Sequence record: KT895374.1
Direction: 5' to 3' (one strand)
Length of the DNA: 64,000 nt
The notes under the pieces were generated by a model. It did not search any database. It saw only the letters and a list, made by a program, of their open reading frames with translations, and was not told the DNA's origin. Made by a program: the position numbers and the translations under genes. Below are positions 57,690-64,000 of the stretch, one piece after another (position 1 is the stretch's first letter; each line of letters starts with the position of its first letter).

Positions 57690-58526
57690 ATGAAAAGTTC
57701 TCAAAGATTTGCTAGATTAAATCGTTTAAAATCAGACAAAAAATTTAATGCAATTGTTGATAAATATGAAAAGAAAATAAGCAAGACTATTATAAATTTT
57801 AATTCTTTTAAAGAAACTAATTTAATAAGAAAACACTATTCAAAATATAGTGAAGAACATGATTTAGAAATGGATATTGAAAATACAAAATCATTTATTG
57901 CACGTTATGATCGTATGAATGATGATTTTCAAGATATTATAAGACGTCTCTATATTGAATTTGATTATGAGTTAGGAGAGATATTAAAAAAATTTTCTAT
58001 TAGTGAAAACTTAATTTCTAAAAATAAAAAATATTATTCTGAAGAAACTTGGTCTGAAATTAGTTCCAGACAAAAATTAAGTGAAAAATTTATTGAACTC
58101 CATGAACAAGAAATAAATTGGGAAAATATAATATCAAATAGAAATATAAGTATAGAAATATTAAAAAAATTCCAAAATCATTTTACGATAAGTAATTTAT
58201 TAAATTCAAAAAGATTAGATTTAAAAGGAATTGTAAGATTTCTAAATAAACCTTTTATTTATAACTTAGAATATTTAATAAAAAATTATCATGAGGATAT
58301 AATTCATTTGGATTATAAATTAACATTAGAGGAAATGGAAATATATCTTAGAGTGGTAAATAGTAATAACACTTATACAAAAAGAAAATTTATTTTAAAT
58401 CAAAATATTAATGAAAAAATAGTTCTAGATAATATAGAATTCTTTAATGGTTATGAGGAAATTTTATTAGAGAATAAAAATATTTCTAATAAACTTAGAA
58501 CTATTTTGGAAATGTCTAGAATTTAG
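57690..58526 (+). CDS. Degenerate Trp-repeat protein, array D
   Basis: TWSEISSRQKLSEKFIELHEQEINWENII; ends NKLRTILEMSRI. Confidence 0.8.
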   Translation: MKSSQRFARLNRLKSDKKFNAIVDKYEKKISKTIINFNSFKETNLIRKHYSKYSEEHDLEMDIENTKSFIARYDRMNDDFQDIIRRLYIEFDYELGEILKKFSISENLISKNKKYYSEETWSEISSRQKLSEKFIELHEQEINWENIISNRNISIEILKKFQNHFTISNLLNSKRLDLKGIVRFLNKPFIYNLEYLIKNYHEDIIHLDYKLTLEEMEIYLRVVNSNNTYTKRKFILNQNINEKIVLDNIEFFNGYEEILLENKNISNKLRTILEMSRI

Positions 58527-58543
58527 GGAGGATTGTTTATAGT

Positions 58544-59197
58544 ATGACTAATGATGATAAAAAATTTCTAGACTGTTTAAATAAATATAATGAATTTATA
58601 GATTGTAGTCCAAACTTACATGATATTTTAATAAATAATGAGATAAGTGAAAATCTACTTGATGAATATTCAAAATTCTTTGATTATAAAACATGGAAAG
58701 TTATAAGTCTAACACAAAAATTTTCTAAAAAATTTATGAAGAAACATCAAGAATTTATCTATTTTAATGATATGCTGGAATTTAATGAAAAAATCAATTT
58801 AGATTTGGATACTGTAAGTGAATTTAAAGAATATTTTGCAGGTCTTTTGATTTTAAAAAAATTTCAATCAAGAGAAGCTATAAATATCCTATTTCCTAAT
58901 ACTGACAGTATTTATGAATTATTTCACAGGCTAGTTGGACGATACTCTAGATCTTTATTTGATGTTTATCCCGATATAGTCAATGATAACGAATTTGTGG
59001 AATTCCAACTATATAGTTTTAAGAAAAATTCAACTCATAGTATAGAATATTCTAAAAAATTCTTTAGTCTAATAAAAATTAATAAAGAAATGTATATTAG
59101 ATACCCAGAATTATTAAACAGATATTCTAATGTGATATTAGAAAGTCCAAATGTAGATAATGAAGTAAAAGTCCTTTTAAAATTACATTCAATATAA
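58544..59197 (+). CDS. Array D paralog
   Basis: TWKVISLTQKFSKKFM; ends NEVKVLLKLHSI. Confidence 0.8.
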   Translation: MTNDDKKFLDCLNKYNEFIDCSPNLHDILINNEISENLLDEYSKFFDYKTWKVISLTQKFSKKFMKKHQEFIYFNDMLEFNEKINLDLDTVSEFKEYFAGLLILKKFQSREAINILFPNTDSIYELFHRLVGRYSRSLFDVYPDIVNDNEFVEFQLYSFKKNSTHSIEYSKKFFSLIKINKEMYIRYPELLNRYSNVILESPNVDNEVKVLLKLHSI

Positions 59198-59214
59198 AGA
59201 AAGAGGTGATAATC

Positions 59215-59946
59215 TTGATTGAATATGATGATAGTATTTTATTAAATGCTATAGAAGAGTTTAATAATAGAAAATTGAAAATAGAAGAAGAATTTACAAT
59301 AAAAAATAAATCCATATCTTCTAAAAAAGTTTCTAACAAATTAGAAAAGTTTTATACTCTTTCTTTTTTATCAGGTAAAAGAAAAAATGAAATAAATGAA
59401 AATAAAACCATCTTTATTGATTCTATTAAGGATATTTTAAAAAATAAAAAAATTAGTAGTAGATTTATTAGTGAAAATATAAAATATTTAAAAGAGTATG
59501 ATTTAGTTTGGGATTTATTAATTAGATATCAAGATTTAACAAAAGATTTTATTGCTAAAAATATAAAAAAATTTAAATTAGATGACATTCTTAATTCTGA
59601 AAAATTTTCTATAATAGAAATAAATCTACATCTCTATAAAAATAACTTAATTTTACATTTAGGCTTAGATTATTTCTTTACTTTATTTTTTGACAATATA
59701 TTAAAAACTAGCAAGTTGAATACTGATGATTTAGAATCATTTATGAATTATATAGTAGAAGATAAATATTTAAATATAGCAGTTAAGAGAAATAATCTAT
59801 TCAAAAACTTTTTAATTAAACAAAATTTCAATAAGGAAATTCTTTTAAAATATGAAGATTTTCTTACACCACATTATTCACAATTATTAAAGAATGAGAA
59901 TATAGATGAAAGCATAAAAACTAAAATTAGATTATTAAATCTATAA
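59215..59946 (+). CDS. Array D paralog
   Basis: SD gaggtg then TTG 59215; VWDLLIRYQDLTKDFI; ends ESIKTKIRLLNL. Confidence 0.8.
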   Translation: MIEYDDSILLNAIEEFNNRKLKIEEEFTIKNKSISSKKVSNKLEKFYTLSFLSGKRKNEINENKTIFIDSIKDILKNKKISSRFISENIKYLKEYDLVWDLLIRYQDLTKDFIAKNIKKFKLDDILNSEKFSIIEINLHLYKNNLILHLGLDYFFTLFFDNILKTSKLNTDDLESFMNYIVEDKYLNIAVKRNNLFKNFLIKQNFNKEILLKYEDFLTPHYSQLLKNENIDESIKTKIRLLNL

Positions 59947-59961
59947 AGGAAGGTTTTCAAT

Positions 59962-60696
59962 ATGTTAAGAGTAGGAAGTTTAATGTTAGAAAAAAGAATA
60001 GAAAAGTTTGAGAACTTTATTAATGGTTTTATAAAAGATATGGATGAGTTTATACCAGACGTAGATATTAATATTATATCTAAAGACCAGTCTGCATTAG
60101 ATAAGATTGTTGATATAAAGAAGTTAACAAGTGATAAATTTGTAAATTCTTTTATGGAAAAAGTTCTAGTGGATTTGGGTGAAGATATTCTAAATATTTT
60201 TGAAAATCATATTGTTGATGGTGAAGTTATTATTAAGTATAAGTCTTATCTTAATAACAGCATGACGCTATGGTATGAAATATTAGAAGATAAAAGAAAT
60301 TATAACAATGAACTGATTTTAAAAATTAAGGATAAGTTTATTGTTGAAAAACTAATAACTTCTCATAGATTTAATTTTAGAGAATTGGCTGAATCCTATA
60401 ATAGAAATTATGAGGATTTTCTTTATAATTATTTAGAAGTAGCAATATGGAATAATGTCTTATTTAACCAAGAAGAAATAGATGACATCTTAAGATTAAA
60501 ATTTTTAGAATATACGGATGATGAGGAATTTAATGAAAACTTAATAATTCGTTTTCTAACCACTCAAAATATAACCAAAAAGCTATATATGGATAATATT
60601 AGCTTTTTTAAAGAAGAATCATATAAAAGAAAATTATTAGAAAATAAATTAATTTCCAGTGATTTAAAAACCTTAATTAAATTAGAATTTGTATAG
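59962..60696 (+). CDS. Array D paralog
   Basis: LWYEILE..YNNELILKIKDKF..SHRFNFREL; ends SDLKTLIKLEFV. Confidence 0.8.
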   Translation: MLRVGSLMLEKRIEKFENFINGFIKDMDEFIPDVDINIISKDQSALDKIVDIKKLTSDKFVNSFMEKVLVDLGEDILNIFENHIVDGEVIIKYKSYLNNSMTLWYEILEDKRNYNNELILKIKDKFIVEKLITSHRFNFRELAESYNRNYEDFLYNYLEVAIWNNVLFNQEEIDDILRLKFLEYTDDEEFNENLIIRFLTTQNITKKLYMDNISFFKEESYKRKLLENKLISSDLKTLIKLEFV

Positions 60697-60708
60697 GAGG
60701 AATTTGAT

Positions 60709-61374
60709 ATGGCTTTAGAAGGAGATAATATGTTTTTAGAATTTATATATCATTTTGGAGAAAATATATTGCATAACGGTGGTCATTGTGATGAAGCAGA
60801 TGTACTTAATATAATATTAAAGAGTTATAATGTTAGTACTAAGATTTTAGATGATAATTATGAATATATTTTCCCCCAGCATCTAGAAACAATAAGCAAG
60901 TATCAAAAACTTGATGAAGAATTTATAAAAAAATTAATACCTAATTATGTAAATAAGATACTAGAAGGAAATAAAAAGACATTTCTATCTAAAGAATTTA
61001 TCAAAAACAACATTAACTATTTTGATGTTGATAAACTAGTCGATAGTGGGGGATTTACTTTAACTGAACTTGCTGACTTGTATTCGATGTCTTTAGAGTT
61101 CTTTATCTGGAATAACTTATCGACTGTAATCGATTATGAAGTATTAAGTGATTTAGAAAAAAAGAAATTTATAGAACTTTTTAAGGAAGAGGAAAAAGAA
61201 GAATTACTCTATTATCCTACTATTTATTTCTTATCAACTCATTCCATTTCAGAAGATATACTTTTTGAGTATATGGATTTCTTTAAATCATCAAACACTT
61301 TTATTCAGAAAGTAATAACAAACCCTAAGAATTCTCAAGAAGTTAAAACAAAATTAAATTTACACATTTTATAA
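60709..61374 (+). CDS. Array D paralog
   Basis: ISKYQKLDEEFI; ends QEVKTKLNLHIL. Confidence 0.8.
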   Translation: MALEGDNMFLEFIYHFGENILHNGGHCDEADVLNIILKSYNVSTKILDDNYEYIFPQHLETISKYQKLDEEFIKKLIPNYVNKILEGNKKTFLSKEFIKNNINYFDVDKLVDSGGFTLTELADLYSMSLEFFIWNNLSTVIDYEVLSDLEKKKFIELFKEEEKEELLYYPTIYFLSTHSISEDILFEYMDFFKSSNTFIQKVITNPKNSQEVKTKLNLHIL

Positions 61375-61395
61375 TCAAGTCTGGAGGGCTTAAAA

Positions 61396-61998
61396 GTGAA
61401 TTTTAATTTTGATGAATTAGATACAGAGGAAATAATTGAAATTCTATTAAAAAATAAAATAGATGAAAAAACATTGGATGAATATTCTGAATGTTTTACT
61501 GAAGATTCATGGTTTGCAATAAGCATAAGACAAAAAATTTCTAATGATTTTATCAAAAAATATTTAGATAAAATTGATTTGAATAATATTTTTATGTATA
61601 ACCCATATGTAAAATTAGATAAAGAGCTTATTGAAAAAAATATTAAAAGTTTCGAAAGATTTGGAGTCTTAGTTAAAATACCTTTTGAAGAATCTGCACC
61701 TTTATTGTATCCTAACTCAAAAGATCCCCTAAGAGCGTTAATTATAGATAATTTTAGTGATATAGTTAATAATAAGTCTATCTATAGAAAACTAATAGAA
61801 TGTAAGAATTGTTATAATATTATATTAAGTATGGTACAGATTGTCCCATTTAAAAAAAGATTTATCAAAGATATGTATCTTGATAATTATATCTATAACA
61901 AATATTCAGAATTATTAAATAAGTATCCTGAATCGCTATTACTAAATAAACACCTACCAGAAAAAGAAAGAACAATTATAAAATTAAAAATACTTTAA
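61396..61998 (+). CDS. Array D paralog
   Basis: SWFAISIRQKISNDFI; close to 58544..59197; ends EKERTIIKLKIL. Confidence 0.8.
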   Translation: MNFNFDELDTEEIIEILLKNKIDEKTLDEYSECFTEDSWFAISIRQKISNDFIKKYLDKIDLNNIFMYNPYVKLDKELIEKNIKSFERFGVLVKIPFEESAPLLYPNSKDPLRALIIDNFSDIVNNKSIYRKLIECKNCYNIILSMVQIVPFKKRFIKDMYLDNYIYNKYSELLNKYPESLLLNKHLPEKERTIIKLKIL

Positions 61999-62004
61999 GG
62001 AGGA

Positions 62005-62706
62005 TTGATTGGAATGAAAGAAGGTAATGAACTTTTAGAGTTAGGAATAAAATATTTTAATGAATCACTGTCTGAAGGAGAAAGAACGCTAAAAAGGGAA
62101 ACTTTAAAAAGAGTAAGTAGAGTTGGAGCAATTTACGGTTATGGAAAAGAAAATTATGACTTTATAGAAAATAAACTATTGGAAAAAATTGAAAATCTTC
62201 AAAAAAATATTCATGAATTATTTAAAACATTTTCAATTGATGAAGATATCATTAAAAAGAATAGTGAATATATTGACTTAGCAACATGGAGAAACATACT
62301 ACATAATAAAAAGTATTCTAATGAATTAATTACTGAATATAAGGAGAAATTTCATATTAATGGTATCTTAAAATCTAATAGAGGTTTTAGATTAAGGGAT
62401 ATCGCACTCTTATATGAATATAGCTATATCGGATTGATAAATGCTCATCTAGATAATATAATTGGAGATTATGTATTAAATGAAGAAGAAATTGAAGATG
62501 TTATACAGTTGAGTAATTTAGCCAGTAATGGTTATCAATACTATGCTTCTAGATGTGAATTCATTAATACTCAAAGAATAACGAAAAAAATATACCTTAA
62601 CAATCTACATTTCTTTCATCTATTACCAGATTTTATGGAAGAGTTAGAAAATAATAAATTTATATCAGATGAATTGAGGACTATCATAAAATTGAAAAAT
62701 ATTTAA
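62005..62706 (+). CDS. Array D paralog
   Basis: TWRNILHNKKYSNELI; ends DELRTIIKLKNI. Confidence 0.8.
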   Translation: MIGMKEGNELLELGIKYFNESLSEGERTLKRETLKRVSRVGAIYGYGKENYDFIENKLLEKIENLQKNIHELFKTFSIDEDIIKKNSEYIDLATWRNILHNKKYSNELITEYKEKFHINGILKSNRGFRLRDIALLYEYSYIGLINAHLDNIIGDYVLNEEEIEDVIQLSNLASNGYQYYASRCEFINTQRITKKIYLNNLHFFHLLPDFMEELENNKFISDELRTIIKLKNI

Positions 62707-62717
62707 AGGAGTTAGCA

Positions 62718-63407
62718 ATGTCAAAATATAAAGGTAGTATAATCTTAGAAGAACGCATAAATGATTTTGAATTTTCTTTATCATCTGTAGGAAAGGTTTT
62801 AGAAGATTGTACAAAGGATGATTTGCATAAGATATATAATATTAATGGAGATAACGGTAATGAAATTATAAGAAGTCTGATTATTGAAAAACTTGAAGAT
62901 CTTCATAATTATATCCATCGTATATTTAAAAATTATGAAATTGATGAAGAAGTTATTATTCAGAATGACTCTTATATTGGTTTAGAAACTTGGGATTTTA
63001 TATTGCAGGAAAAATTCTATACAAATGATTTAATTTTAAAATATAAAGAAAAATTTCAGATTTATAATGTTATAAGTTCGAATAGGTTTAAATTAAGAGA
63101 AATATCAAATTTATATAATCAACATTATACTATCATTATAAATAAATATTTAGATACTATAATTGCAAATTATAATTTGGATGAAAAAGAAATAGATGAT
63201 GTGATTCAATTAAGTACCTTAAAATATGATTGTTATGCTAGTTTTGGTAAAAGATGTAAATTTATTAAAAATCAGAGAATTACAAAAGAAGTGTATCTTA
63301 ATAATTTAGAATTTTTCCATCAGATGCCAGCCTTTATAGAGGAATTAAAAAATAATGAATTAATTTCAGATGAGTTAAGAACTATTATAAAATTGAGAGA
63401 AATTTAG
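62718..63407 (+). CDS. Array D paralog
   Basis: TWDFILQEKFYTNDLI; ends DELRTIIKLREI. Confidence 0.8.
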   Translation: MSKYKGSIILEERINDFEFSLSSVGKVLEDCTKDDLHKIYNINGDNGNEIIRSLIIEKLEDLHNYIHRIFKNYEIDEEVIIQNDSYIGLETWDFILQEKFYTNDLILKYKEKFQIYNVISSNRFKLREISNLYNQHYTIIINKYLDTIIANYNLDEKEIDDVIQLSTLKYDCYASFGKRCKFIKNQRITKEVYLNNLEFFHQMPAFIEELKNNELISDELRTIIKLREI

Positions 63408-63419
63408 GGAGTTGGAAAA

Positions 63420-64000
63420 ATGTTAGAAAATGAAATGAGAGGTAGTGGGTTATTAGAATATGAGATAGATGTTTTCAATAGGTCATTATCTGAAGCGGAA
63501 AAAGAATTTAAGGATGAAGTCTTAAATGAAAAAAGGGGGAAAAGTGATATCCTTAAAAAAAAGATCTTAAGAGAGAAACTTAAGAATCTTCGTGATAATA
63601 TACACAGGTTATTTAGATCTTATAGAATAGATGAGGACACCATTAGGAAAAATAATAAATATATTGGACGATTAACTTGGGATTATATACTTGGTAATAA
63701 TTTTTATTCCAATGAATTAATTGCTGATTTTATAACAAAATTTTATCCTCGTTATGTTTTAGCATCTAAAAGATTTGGATTGAAAGAAACTTATAATTTA
63801 TATAGTTCTTCTGATGAAGGAAAGAAACTTATAATTCCAATAAAGATGAGTGATGATTCTCTTTATATTAATTTTATAAATATGCATTTAGAGATTATAA
63901 TTAACCACTGTGAATTAAATGAAGAAGAAATTGAAGATGTTATAAAGCTAAGTAAAAAATTAAGTCATGGTAATTTTATATATCTTGATCTTAAATGTAG
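63420..64000 (+). CDS. 3'-truncated array D paralog (not in ORF track)
   Basis: ATG 63420 after SD gggag; MLENEMRGSGLLEYEI..TWDYILGNNFYSNELI, homologous to the two preceding ORFs; runs off window. Confidence 0.75.
   Translation, partial: MLENEMRGSGLLEYEIDVFNRSLSEAEKEFKDEVLNEKRGKSDILKKKILREKLKNLRDNIHRLFRSYRIDEDTIRKNNKYIGRLTWDYILGNNFYSNELIADFITKFYPRYVLASKRFGLKETYNLYSSSDEGKKLIIPIKMSDDSLYINFINMHLEIIINHCELNEEEIEDVIKLSKKLSHGNFIYLDLKC

Noticed and set aside
1-64000. tRNA/rRNA genes, reverse transcriptase, nuclear shell or tubulin genes
   Set aside because: No cloverleaf/T-loop signature, YxDD RT motif or tubulin GGGTG motif noticed in this window; absence here says nothing about the rest of the genome.

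Overview
A 64-kb, very AT-rich segment of a jumbo myophage genome of the phiKZ/AR9(PBS1)-like supergroup; strong GGAGG Shine-Dalgarno sites and an HU gene suggest a Firmicutes host (inference). Core genes recognised from motifs: split multisubunit RNA polymerase subunits (beta-N, catalytic beta'-N with DYDGD, beta'-C, a probable small beta' C-terminal piece), major capsid protein, terminase large subunit, tail sheath and tube, portal, gp13-like neck protein, a T4 gp21-type prohead protease split by two group I introns, a family B DNA polymerase split into two distant genes (the first with an ORF-less group I intron), SbcC/Rad50, UvsW-like helicase, HAD nucleotidase, DHH-like protein and HU. 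Two promoter classes are visible: AACA-N6-TA before structural genes (the AR9 late consensus) and (A/G)TATATATTAT before presumed early genes. Best unexplained signals: (1) 22 otherwise divergent accessory ORFs in four tandem arrays all end in the same in-register C-terminal helix motif; (2) a ~400-nt highly base-paired non-coding RNA candidate at 38.3-38.75 kb with its own promoter and terminator; (3) an antisense gene with its own early promoter and RBS inside a group I intron loop. All calls come from reading the sequence; no database searches were run.
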